This document shows positions 9,601 through 17,899 of a DNA stretch of 24,762 nucleotides, one piece after another. The notes under the pieces are model-generated. The model made no database searches and was not told where the DNA came from. It saw only the letters and a list, made by a program, of their open reading frames with translations. Each line of letters begins with the position of its first letter. Within the stretch, counting starts at the first letter, position 1. The DNA comes from Thermoplasmatota archaeon (GTDB taxonomy: Archaea > Thermoplasmatota > Penumbrarchaeia > Penumbrarchaeales > Penumbrarchaeaceae). The stretch lies in assembly GCA_965234725.1 (NCBI GenBank), contig CBDDUX010000011.1:1-24762 (forward strand), given 5' to 3'. The position numbers and the translations under genes were made by a program.

Positions 9601-10511
9601 CAGGGGTTTTGGAATGGTCTATCACAGAATCCATGGGGATCGACACATTGATCCTGAACATAGATGGTGTAGATACCCCACTTTCCAATGAGACCAGGCA
9701 TCAGATGGTCGATCTGGATGACGGCCTACACACGATCTCCATCACGGTGACCGATATTGGCGGATGGATGACAAACGAGAGTGTTCACTTCGTTCTTGAT
9801 AGGGTTGATCCCAAAATTACTCCAGGAGATGTCGAGGTAAAAGGAAATGTGGTCTCAATTTTCTGGATTCTGGATGGAGGGGAGGGGGAGTTAAAGATCT
9901 CCGTTGAGATGGACGGTGTAGAGATCACAGGACAGCATGATCGAACCACAGGAATATCCGTATTCAGAGAAGTAACCCCGGGGAAGCATTCCATGAACCT
10001 GACCTTTACCGATCTTGCAGGGAATTTCAAAGTTCTCACATTCGATCTTGAGGTAAAGGGTAATGATAAAGGTAAAGAAGATACAGGAGGGGTGGGTCCG
10101 ATCATTATTCTCGTTCCGATATTGATATTGTTGACGGTAATAGGAGTGATATTGTTCATCTGGGCCAGGGGAAGAAAGAAGGATGATAAGAAAGAGGAAA
10201 ATGGTGCGAAGTTGCCATCAAAACCCGAAAGGATCTCCATCGGACCTATGCCCGCAAGGAGGCAGCAACCACTTGCTCCGGCCAGGGTGCCTTCAGCTCC
10301 TCAAGTTCGTTCCAGGACCACCAGCATTGGGGAGCAGGACGATTCATACATTCGACCTGAGCGGAAGAAAACACCTCCCCCGAAAAATAGAATGCAAACG
10401 GTTCCTGATCGACCTATGAGGGCAACGGATGTCTCAGAGAACGATGATGATATCGAGGATTGGTCGGATATGGAAGAATTGGAGGAGTTCGATGAATTGG
10501 AGGAGATCTGA
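6669..10511 (+). CDS. Large single-pass cell-surface protein: signal peptide, parallel beta-helix domain, 8 Ig-like repeats, TM helix, cytoplasmic tail
   Basis: The ATG at 6669 follows a GGTGA SD (alternative start 6639). Asn-rich repeats (ISNNTL, IANNSF, IHHNRF) end in a GNFWxDW motif. The repeats show D..(P)P...W...G.H...A.D.AGN. A TM helix IIILVPILILLTVIGVILFIWA is followed by RGRKK. Confidence 0.88.
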   Translation: MEFKIHFSGRYLVPFFIVLMILPVLSMAPHLFDDFEKDLHVNGLDSVDPIRIESNTELYYHPEIDSGKGTVTEPFVISDVSIDCRSNGKSGIYLRNTTYNLEIRNVTIYASSLSPAIYLRPYYSGTAYYSLNLKLINITVIGGGTQLDMFYPIRVYISGCNFSNPGGTGDLIHSYLGYYVDIYKNTFNAPNMDIDFDGTYYLDLTRNKGSIRDLVQNRFQYSDISNNTLDVRTVKLYAGYYSDFQGNILHGHSSSDDITWLYDCNRIKIANNSFSGGRDAIVVQHPNTYNPVRTSYESWSSLTFEFNLFNQTGKRGIYFYWTTGHPYNTYMDIHHNRFIGCTDFAIELSNGGSATSNVYRNVFMYNHGSGMDFSLSNSQARDGYSQFRWRRSNVGNFWLDWDNSDDNSDGFSDETGYKLSSNTGQTDPSPVSNQYFDFNRPQFQVLTPTTRFLDTRYVNFTWDASDNETGISIVQIKKGIDPWINISGRDHHGLYLTDGQFQIVLRAVDMAGLKTSISLTIVIEEGVEPVKVLSPIAGRFYNKGNVDVIWELEDGFVPKSLFYQLDGGSWVEKDPYLGFDLDLDDGSHDLRMEFTDHYNNSVQRSITFTIDTRDPEIEILYPMESSVISNGLVNFEWNIDDLTEMRSTNVTIDGEKITGIVGKTHTSFLSRNWHSFSVEVYDMAGNRATSAITFRISENTSLHIISPRLSIPTQETSFLIEWEYLTHLEIENIQISLDENSPVSLPMDLSSYMVSFSEDGLHTVTVEARDPAGNIFSDSVDIIVDRKPPSTRFIGIESGTLINTTKVTLQWGALEESGITGYDLFIDDVNVALGVKDTERTVTLQEGNHILQVLAHDIAGNIGEDQIELIIDITPPQLDLISPLDEVIIEPTITFEWEGNDVNGIVNYNYSLDGNGPFGLGLSTSRELQVLEGQHIFILRCMDNAGNARTIKKTFMVDLYPPEVTLTNIKDGYTNTWSGVLEWSITESMGIDTLILNIDGVDTPLSNETRHQMVDLDDGLHTISITVTDIGGWMTNESVHFVLDRVDPKITPGDVEVKGNVVSIFWILDGGEGELKISVEMDGVEITGQHDRTTGISVFREVTPGKHSMNLTFTDLAGNFKVLTFDLEVKGNDKGKEDTGGVGPIIILVPILILLTVIGVILFIWARGRKKDDKKEENGAKLPSKPERISIGPMPARRQQPLAPARVPSAPQVRSRTTSIGEQDDSYIRPERKKTPPPKNRMQTVPDRPMRATDVSENDDDIEDWSDMEELEEFDELEEI
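7978..10058 (+). repeat. Eight tandem ~87-aa Ig-like protein repeats
   Basis: Units begin DFNRP, EGVEP, DTRDP, SENTS, DRKPP, DITPP, DLYPP and DRVDP. Each has a conserved Trp and a G(x)H...D(x)AGN-type turn. Boundaries are approximate. Confidence 0.75.
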
Positions 10512-10993
10512 TGCCACTTTCACCCGATCAGGAGGTGTCTTACTCCAGATATGGGATGTATCCTTACAATTGGATCGTTGACGGCAAGGTTATCGCGTCC
10601 GTATATCCGATTGATGACTCTTATCTTGGATACATGAGGAATGAGGAGGGTATCACCCTTGCGATCAATCTTACGGAGAGCCCATGGTCTGAAGGTTGGG
10701 AGAGATCATCCGGTATCAGATGCTTGCATTTTCCGGTGATCGATATGGCAACCCCGAGGCCCTCGGATGTAAGGAGGATCATAGATGAGATCGACAGGCA
10801 TAACGGTCCGGTCATGGTCCACTGTGCGGCAGGGATCGGAAGGACAGGAACTGTGATCGGATTGTATCTGGTTCATCATGGAATGGATCCGCTCGAGGCA
10901 ATAAGGACCGTAAGAAAGAAAAGGCCAGGTTCCATCCAGACCCGTTCACAGGAGTCCATGATCATGAAATGGTCGAAATTGGGAAGGTGTTAG
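10511..10993 (+). CDS. Dual-specificity (Cys-based) protein phosphatase
   Basis: Catalytic HCX5R loop VHCAAGIGRTG, acid loop PVIDMATP, and a C-terminal RPGSIQTRSQ motif. TGATG overlap with the upstream gene; GGAGGA SD. Confidence 0.93.
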   Translation: MPLSPDQEVSYSRYGMYPYNWIVDGKVIASVYPIDDSYLGYMRNEEGITLAINLTESPWSEGWERSSGIRCLHFPVIDMATPRPSDVRRIIDEIDRHNGPVMVHCAAGIGRTGTVIGLYLVHHGMDPLEAIRTVRKKRPGSIQTRSQESMIMKWSKLGRC

Positions 10994-10994
10994 G

Positions 10995-11729
10995 ATGGAT
11001 GTGATAGTTCTTGCCGGTGGATTCGCAAAGAGGATGTGGCCTTTAACAAAGGATATGCCCAAGCATCTTCTTGATATTGCGGGAAAACCCATGTTGAGCT
11101 ATACCCTGGATACTCTGGTCGAGATGAAGGGAATTGGAAGGATATTTGTGTCCACAAATGAGGCATTCGGCGATCACTTCTCGAAATTCCTCAAGGATTA
11201 TGATGATAAAAAGGTCATACTTATTATCGAACCTTCACCCACAGAGGATAGGAAACTGGGATCGATCGGAGGACTTGGTTATCTCATCGAGAAGGAGAAC
11301 CTCCACGATGATACCATGATTATCGGAGGGGACAACCTCTTCGAATTCCATCCCATCGAAGCGGTCGAGGTGTTTAGGAAGGTCGATCGTGATATTGTTG
11401 CGGTCTATGATGTTGGTACCCCGGAGAAGGCAAAGCTCTATGGGATCGTTGATGTCGCGGATAACGGAGTGATCAGGAACTTCTTAGAGAAACCGGAGGA
11501 CCCACCATCGACATTGGCTGCAACTGCATTCTACATCTTCAAAGCTGATTCCCTGAGACTGGTCCTGAAATATCTGGAAGATGGCGGAAAACCGGATGCG
11601 CTTGGTTATTTCATCAGTTACCTTGTGGAGAACAGGTCCGTTGTCGCATGGAGATTCACTGGCAAATGGTTCGATATAGGATCCCTTGAAGTGTACCATG
11701 AAGCTGATCTCTACTTCAAAGAGAATTGA
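10995..11729 (+). CDS. Sugar-phosphate nucleotidyltransferase (NTP_transferase family)
   Basis: LAGGFAKRMWPLT..PK, GDN, YGIV, EKP and WFDIG motifs. No C-terminal left-handed beta-helix. Confidence 0.92.
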   Translation: MDVIVLAGGFAKRMWPLTKDMPKHLLDIAGKPMLSYTLDTLVEMKGIGRIFVSTNEAFGDHFSKFLKDYDDKKVILIIEPSPTEDRKLGSIGGLGYLIEKENLHDDTMIIGGDNLFEFHPIEAVEVFRKVDRDIVAVYDVGTPEKAKLYGIVDVADNGVIRNFLEKPEDPPSTLAATAFYIFKADSLRLVLKYLEDGGKPDALGYFISYLVENRSVVAWRFTGKWFDIGSLEVYHEADLYFKEN

Positions 11730-11776
11730 GTAAGGACCCTGTTTTTTTCAGATCGATTTCGGGAAAACCGAACCAC

Positions 11777-12472
11777 TTACACTATCTTCCCTGTCGATGT
11801 GATCCTTATGGTAGTATCATCGATATGATAGGTAAGCTGGATGTTCTTTTGCTGAATTGAGAACTTCCTGACCTGGATCGTGTGGTAGATGCCTTCGATG
11901 ATCCTGACGGTCCTTAGCTCCAAAAGTCCGTCGAACTTGTCGATTATGGACTGCATGTCCCTTTCGGAGAGAATGTCCGCCATCAGAAAGACCACGGAGA
12001 GCTTCTTCTTCATTGCGATATCACGGACCATGATGACGAAATCCCCGGCATCCTTGTTCCCGAACTGTTCCATGAAGAATGTAAGCGGATTGATCAGGAC
12101 CCTGTTGATCTTCTTCCCGTCCAGTCCTCTCATGTGTTCTATGATCCTTGCGGGAACCGCCTGGATAAAGAACTTGGAATACTCCGGACAAGCGTTGACG
12201 AATTCCACGTTCTTGATGAGGCCTCCTTCCACTTCCTCGTTAAGGAGGTCCATTATCTCATCGGATGAGGCCTCTACATCGTAGAATGCGACATTCTCTC
12301 CTTTCTTCAATCCCTCATAGAGGAAATGGAAACCGAAGAGGTCCTTTCGAGAAGAAGGATCTCCTACAATGAGATGTATCGCACCTTTCTTGAATCCTCC
12401 ATAATGAAGGGCATTGTCTAACGCAGGGACCCCTGATGAGACGATGTTAATGGAGGACCTCTCTCTGGCCAT
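11777..12472 (-). CDS. KaiC/RAD55-like RecA-superfamily protein with degenerate Walker motifs
   Basis: SSGVPALD..GGF..G..LIVG start and DGLLEL..IQVRKF end are KaiC-like. Walker A position reads GDPSSRKD and Walker B position reads RVLINP. The ATG at 12472 after GAAGGA is preferred to the TTG at 12514. Confidence 0.85.
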   Translation of the reverse strand: MARERSSINIVSSGVPALDNALHYGGFKKGAIHLIVGDPSSRKDLFGFHFLYEGLKKGENVAFYDVEASSDEIMDLLNEEVEGGLIKNVEFVNACPEYSKFFIQAVPARIIEHMRGLDGKKINRVLINPLTFFMEQFGNKDAGDFVIMVRDIAMKKKLSVVFLMADILSERDMQSIIDKFDGLLELRTVRIIEGIYHTIQVRKFSIQQKNIQLTYHIDDTTIRITSTGKIV

Positions 12473-12557
12473 GGTTCCTTCAACCGGATATTTCCTAATA
12501 TAAGTTTTCAACAAGAAAAATCCAAATAGAAGTATTAGGACTTTTCAATTGAGTGCG

Positions 12558-13370
12558 ATGACGAGTTCAGACCTTATACTGAGGGGAGGTTTGCTTATAT
12601 CGGTTTCAATTCTACTTGGTATATTTGGAGGATCCCTTGTGGAAAGGACGACCGGATCCGTTGATATGTCAATGGAGGACCTGGCAGAAGGCATAGGATC
12701 GCTTATCCAAGGGGTCCTTGGATCGGAACCAGGATCCCGGGTTACCCTTTCCTTCGGGATCAGTTCAAGCTATGATGATGGTGTGGTGGAATTACCCGGA
12801 AGGATCGGTAACGATAACTTCAAACTGAAGGTCCTTCCCGGATTGATGTTACTGGAATGGGATGGAAAGAGGGCCACAGTGATAGAGGATCGGGGGATCC
12901 TTCCGATCCATCCATCTGTAAATGAACGGTCCTTGACTTTCGAGCAGGCAAGGACCATCGGGAGAAAGTCCGGTGGTTATACCCTGTCCACCCCGGTTTC
13001 CATCACCGTTGAATCCAGGGTCCTTTCAGGTAATGATACCGTTTTCATCCATCCTAATCTCGATCAAACAGGTCCATTGAATGAACTGCTTTTTCTGGAA
13101 AATTCGATCTTCCAGATCTCCCCTGATTTTCATGAAGAGGTCCTTTTCAATGAGGAGGACGAGGTTCTCCTCTTATCAGATCGAGTATTGATCTGGAAGG
13201 GAGATGCAATCATCACATCCAAAGGATACTGTCCTGTCCCATTCATACTTCCATCAGGGACAGAGGTCTCCGGACCAATAGATCAGGTAAATGGATCGTT
13301 CAGGATCGTCCGTGAAGCCGTCAATGTATCAAACGACCTCTATGAAGATTCATGGAAGGTAGAACTTTAG
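12558..13370 (+). CDS. Hypothetical N-terminally anchored protein, pilin-like
   Basis: An N-terminal hydrophobic helix GLLISVSILLGIFG is followed by an amphipathic helix (MEDLAEGIGSLIQGV) and a beta-rich body with ELPGRIG. The stop overlaps the convergent gene's stop. Alternative TTG start at 12549. Confidence 0.7.
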   Translation: MTSSDLILRGGLLISVSILLGIFGGSLVERTTGSVDMSMEDLAEGIGSLIQGVLGSEPGSRVTLSFGISSSYDDGVVELPGRIGNDNFKLKVLPGLMLLEWDGKRATVIEDRGILPIHPSVNERSLTFEQARTIGRKSGGYTLSTPVSITVESRVLSGNDTVFIHPNLDQTGPLNELLFLENSIFQISPDFHEEVLFNEEDEVLLLSDRVLIWKGDAIITSKGYCPVPFILPSGTEVSGPIDQVNGSFRIVREAVNVSNDLYEDSWKVEL

Positions 13371-16300
13371 TTATCTTCCCATATCTCGCCTTTTAACAAC
13401 CAGAGATCAGTAGTTCCTTTGAAGCTTCGCACATCATAGAACAGAGAGACAATGGAAGGGGGTGCTTCGAGCACCTGCAACCCGAAAACAACATGCCAGG
13501 ATCCGATATCCTTTCCCATGAGTTCTAGTGGAAGTGCTAGGTTGACAGATCCCGTGATCCCGTATGTAAGGGAATCGGGGATCTCAGTTCCTTCCGGGGC
13601 AAGGTTCTCCAATGATACAGGGGTTTCCACCTCTGTGAAAACGAGGAGGGTTATCCAGCATTTTTCCAGAATATTCGATGGAAACTCCACCATATTTCCG
13701 GAGCTTTTCGGATCCTTGATATTTTTTATCAGGACCTTGATATTATCATAAAGCCAGCCTAGGAAAAGTGCAACTGCCTCACCCTCAGCTCTCAGTGAAA
13801 GTTCCAGACCCGCTCCGGCACTTCCGGAAGCATCCTCGACCTCAAGCTTGAGGAACAGCCTCGCGTCGACTATCAGCTCCGAGATCATTGCAAGGAACCT
13901 TTCCATGAAAAGATCAATGGTCCTTTCAAGGAAATGGACAAGTGTATCGAAGGATAGTCCGTAGAGATCATAGGCCTCGTTCCATGCCTCTCTGATGGCT
14001 GAAAATGCCAGTGAGACTATCAATGAATATATGGAAACCTTCACACTTCCGCCATTGGTGGACCCGAATGTTGACTCTCTCCATCTCCAGACCCCGTAGC
14101 CGTCATTTTCCCTTCCGATCGAACCATCTATCATATCATCCAACCACAGATCGTCCATTATCACTCCGGAGGGGGACCTGAGTACCACATGGACATTTCC
14201 ATCATCAGGTAACGGACCCTTCCACCTCCACATATTTTCCCTTGTTAGGTTTATCACGAAATATCTTTCCGGGGAACCTTCGATCTTCCAGGAGCAGATG
14301 AGATTATCCGAACCGCTTCTCAATTCCAGTGTGGAACCGCTGAATGGGTGCAGACCCGGATCGAATATCTCGACATTTGAGATATTGTGGTCCATGAATT
14401 CGATCTCGTTCAGGGCCGGGGGAAGGTCTTCTGGCATCCTGTATCTCAATCTGAAACCACCGTCTATCACAGCATTGACCCCGAGAGGGGGGATGGGGAT
14501 CATAGGTTCCACTCCAAGTGAGGATGATAGGGATACCTCGGTGACCTTGTATTCTTCAAGGGCAGGTACTGAAAAAGAGAAGGAGATGTTTCTGTCCTTA
14601 CCATTGAACCTTCCTTCGACAGAGACCATATGAGGTCTGTCTTCCATGAAAGGGTCCAATTCCACTCTGATGTAGAGTGGTCCTTTTTCAATAATGACGG
14701 TCCCGTTGAACTTCATCGAGGAGTTGTCTACCCTTGTCACGGTCAGGTATCCTTTCAAACCGATGGAAGTAACTTCCATATCCATCCCTATAAGGGTCCC
14801 CTTCTCACCGAGGAGAGCTTCCTTTTCGGTCCTCAGACACAGGTCGAGGGGACCGAACTTCCTATCTGATCGGAACTCATCCACACCAATAATGTCCAGG
14901 AATGCGGAAAGGACCCCGGTCAAACCCATCTCCATCAGTTTCTGAATAAGGTCCTTGACCCCGTTCCTCAGTGTCGATGACAGGTCCATGGATACATTGG
15001 AAAGGACCCTGCTTGCCTCGGCCAGGTCAAGGTCCCCATTTTGGACCATGTCGTTCACCAGGGGAGGGACCTCCTGGAGGGAACTCAATGTACCGGAGAA
15101 GATCGAGGTTGAACTGTTCAGCAGACGCTCAGTAATTTCCATCGCCGCCTGTTTGACCCTGTTCGATGCAATGTCGTAAAGCGTGGTCCCCTCTTCGTAG
15201 ACAGCTCCCTGCAGCGGCCATACAGTATGGACGGAGATGCAGGCCCGGGGATCGATGCTCAATTCCCTGATCAAGGGAGAACTGTCATTCAGAGAATAGA
15301 CGAAACGGTAGTTCCTTTCATTGGAAATGGTAATGTCGGTTCTGTATGGGGACCCTTCGAACCTGGGGTCCGGATCATGGAATCCTCCGGTCATCTCGAA
15401 TATGGGATCCTTCCTGGAACCGCAGGTAATATTGACGTTCGGAAAAAGCACCGATACAGGGTGACCGGGAAGGTATTCCCTTCTTATCGTGACGGCTCCC
15501 GTGGTATTCATGGAAGGAAGGAAGTGTCTGGAGGCCGACATCATCTCCGCTCCGGAAGTATCGTTCATCACACCTGTTATGATGCGGTGTATAGTGTCGT
15601 TGACCGTCTCTCTGAACCTTGAAAGATCAAGGGACTCGACAGAACCTGGAACGATCCGAGTTCCTCCGCGGGTAACTACGCCCTCAAGGACTTTTCTGAT
15701 GTAACCAGTCTCGGACATTATGTCCCCTTTACCGAACTCCCTCTCCTTCATCAGATCGATAGAGGACCAGATCGCATCCACGATATTCTCTCTCAATTCG
15801 GAGTCCAGTTCATCTCCTGAGGATTGGTTCAGACCCAGATCAGATAAGATCGAAGGATCTTCCAGGATCTCATCAATATCCAATGGTTTTCCGCCGTTAT
15901 TTCTAGCATAACCTTCTTCGATAGTCCGTGTACCCGATATGTTCGAGGAGATAACATCTACATCGACCGAACCGGGAAGTCTCCCGAAGTAGTCTTCCAG
16001 TGCATATTCGATCTGATCATCTGCTTTGACAACAGTCTCATAGTTCTCATAGACCCAGTCCGAGATGGGTCCGCCCAGGATCCTGATGAGATCCGACAAT
16101 CCATCCTTCAGATCAATCAGGTCCGGAGAATTGACCAGCATGGTCATCAGCTCATCGATCACATCCGGGATGGATGTAAGAGTGAGTGATGCGAGGAATG
16201 AAGTGGGACACATCTCACCATCCAGCGGGGGAGGGGAGTCAAATTCCCAACCTTCCCAGATCCTGTCCCATACCTCGGGGGCATCCGAAACAAGTCTTTC

Positions 16301-17899
16301 CATCACTCTTTCGACAGCATCTCTGAGGACCTTCTCTGCAGATCCCCTTAGAGCAACCTCAGCCGATATTATCCCCTCATCGATCCCGAGGACCTCGGAG
16401 ATCCCCTGTATGGACCTTTCATCGGTCAGGATGCTCACAGGATCGAAGGCCGGCTCTTCCGAGGGGAATTGGAATCCCGCCTCTATGGAATAGACCGTTA
16501 CTGTACCGTTAACCTCCAATATGCCAACATCGAATGTGCGTTCGATGGGATCAGGTGTTATCTCCGGATATCCATTCACATCTTCTCCCATCCATTCCAG
16601 TCCCTGAGCATCCGCTATCATGGTCATCCCCTCAAATCCATGAAGGTCTGGGGATAATCGATAGAGGTCCCTTACAATTGATGCCACACCATCATCTCTG
16701 GCATCTATCATGGGGTATCCGAACTTATCCTCACAGAATGAATCCACTGTCTCAGTGATCCCCCTGAAGAAACCGCTCACCCCTCCGAATGTCTCCAGAA
16801 GACCGGTGTCCAGACCAATATAATCAACAAGTCCAAGGGCCAATCTCTCAAGAAGGGAGAAAAGAAGCGGACGTAGGAGGTCTTCTGCATCAGGTGGGGC
16901 CTTCTCCGAAAACGATCCTTCAATTATCAGTGCAAGCATTCCTGGATCGATAGCACCCTCATGAGAAGATAGAAGTTCCCTGATACCGGGTGATGACCCG
17001 AACGATCCTTCTACTGACCGGAGCTCATTCTCGATCCCAAGTAGTCCACGATCATCGAATACTCCCAAATAGGCTTTTGACAGTAGGTGGACGCTGAGGT
17101 CCATACATGCGGAGATCTCATCATCCGTCAGCAAAGGTCCGGGAGGAGGCCCTCCGGAAACTGACATCGACCTTCCCCTGCCCAGGTATGCTTTTGCCTC
17201 GGAAACGGTCCCTATCATGTGCTGGAATAACTCCGCCATTTCAGGTCCTTCCAGTGCCATCATCAGCCTTTCCATTCTCTGATACAGTAGGTCAGTCAGG
17301 GACTCCCTTACGATATTGACGTCAATTGTTCTCACAAGGGAGACACCTTTGTTGGGAGTCGAGCATGAGATCACAATGGAGATAGAAGTATTGGTCCCCA
17401 TGGCTCCTGGCCTCCATCCATAGGTCCAGGGTCCTGTCCCGTTCGGTGCTGTGTCTTTGACCGATGTAGTTGGGGATCGGAACGAGACAGGCAGGGGAAC
17501 AATGGAGATGGAGAGGTCATCAACTTCATAACGCCATTCGCCGTTTTCCGGCAGGTTCCTCTGGAATGTTCTGTTTATCTCTTCCTCGATCATGACAGAT
17601 ATCTTACTCTCTATAGCTCCGTCAAGTCTTGTAGAATTCCAGTCATCGGGTTTGGTCACAAGGTCAAGGAAGGTCCTATCATGCAGCTCGATCAAACCGG
17701 TCCTTAGATCGGACTCGAGAGAATCCAGGTCCTCTGTCATTAAAGAGATCGACCTGGAAGAGATCTCGGCTTCCCTGTCCGTTCTTTCCATCCGGACCAT
17801 GTATGAAATGAAAGCGGATGTCAGAACCATAAGTAAAACAGCCAGGTATGCAAATGCTGTCTTCCCGGATCTGTCGATCCAGGTCCTTCCGAACTTCAA
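13367..17899 (-). CDS. 1510-aa protein with a class III (prepilin)-like N-terminus and a lamin-tail-like domain
   Basis: N-terminus IDRSG|KTAFAYLAVLLMVLTSAFISY followed by a long helix. An LTD-like segment (LNEIEF..VEIFDP..VVLRSPSGVIMD..SIGRENDG..W..STFGSTNG) lies at about 14050-14425. TTG start with GGAGG SD and a TTGA overlap. Confidence 0.8.
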   Translation of the reverse strand: MKFGRTWIDRSGKTAFAYLAVLLMVLTSAFISYMVRMERTDREAEISSRSISLMTEDLDSLESDLRTGLIELHDRTFLDLVTKPDDWNSTRLDGAIESKISVMIEEEINRTFQRNLPENGEWRYEVDDLSISIVPLPVSFRSPTTSVKDTAPNGTGPWTYGWRPGAMGTNTSISIVISCSTPNKGVSLVRTIDVNIVRESLTDLLYQRMERLMMALEGPEMAELFQHMIGTVSEAKAYLGRGRSMSVSGGPPPGPLLTDDEISACMDLSVHLLSKAYLGVFDDRGLLGIENELRSVEGSFGSSPGIRELLSSHEGAIDPGMLALIIEGSFSEKAPPDAEDLLRPLLFSLLERLALGLVDYIGLDTGLLETFGGVSGFFRGITETVDSFCEDKFGYPMIDARDDGVASIVRDLYRLSPDLHGFEGMTMIADAQGLEWMGEDVNGYPEITPDPIERTFDVGILEVNGTVTVYSIEAGFQFPSEEPAFDPVSILTDERSIQGISEVLGIDEGIISAEVALRGSAEKVLRDAVERVMERLVSDAPEVWDRIWEGWEFDSPPPLDGEMCPTSFLASLTLTSIPDVIDELMTMLVNSPDLIDLKDGLSDLIRILGGPISDWVYENYETVVKADDQIEYALEDYFGRLPGSVDVDVISSNISGTRTIEEGYARNNGGKPLDIDEILEDPSILSDLGLNQSSGDELDSELRENIVDAIWSSIDLMKEREFGKGDIMSETGYIRKVLEGVVTRGGTRIVPGSVESLDLSRFRETVNDTIHRIITGVMNDTSGAEMMSASRHFLPSMNTTGAVTIRREYLPGHPVSVLFPNVNITCGSRKDPIFEMTGGFHDPDPRFEGSPYRTDITISNERNYRFVYSLNDSSPLIRELSIDPRACISVHTVWPLQGAVYEEGTTLYDIASNRVKQAAMEITERLLNSSTSIFSGTLSSLQEVPPLVNDMVQNGDLDLAEASRVLSNVSMDLSSTLRNGVKDLIQKLMEMGLTGVLSAFLDIIGVDEFRSDRKFGPLDLCLRTEKEALLGEKGTLIGMDMEVTSIGLKGYLTVTRVDNSSMKFNGTVIIEKGPLYIRVELDPFMEDRPHMVSVEGRFNGKDRNISFSFSVPALEEYKVTEVSLSSSLGVEPMIPIPPLGVNAVIDGGFRLRYRMPEDLPPALNEIEFMDHNISNVEIFDPGLHPFSGSTLELRSGSDNLICSWKIEGSPERYFVINLTRENMWRWKGPLPDDGNVHVVLRSPSGVIMDDLWLDDMIDGSIGRENDGYGVWRWRESTFGSTNGGSVKVSIYSLIVSLAFSAIREAWNEAYDLYGLSFDTLVHFLERTIDLFMERFLAMISELIVDARLFLKLEVEDASGSAGAGLELSLRAEGEAVALFLGWLYDNIKVLIKNIKDPKSSGNMVEFPSNILEKCWITLLVFTEVETPVSLENLAPEGTEIPDSLTYGITGSVNLALPLELMGKDIGSWHVVFGLQVLEAPPSIVSLFYDVRSFKGTTDLWLLKGEIWEDN

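Noticed and set aside
10495..10515. Programmed -1 frameshift fusing the surface protein to the phosphatase
   Set aside because: There is no slippery heptamer. A good GGAGGA SD and the TGATG overlap indicate ordinary translational coupling.
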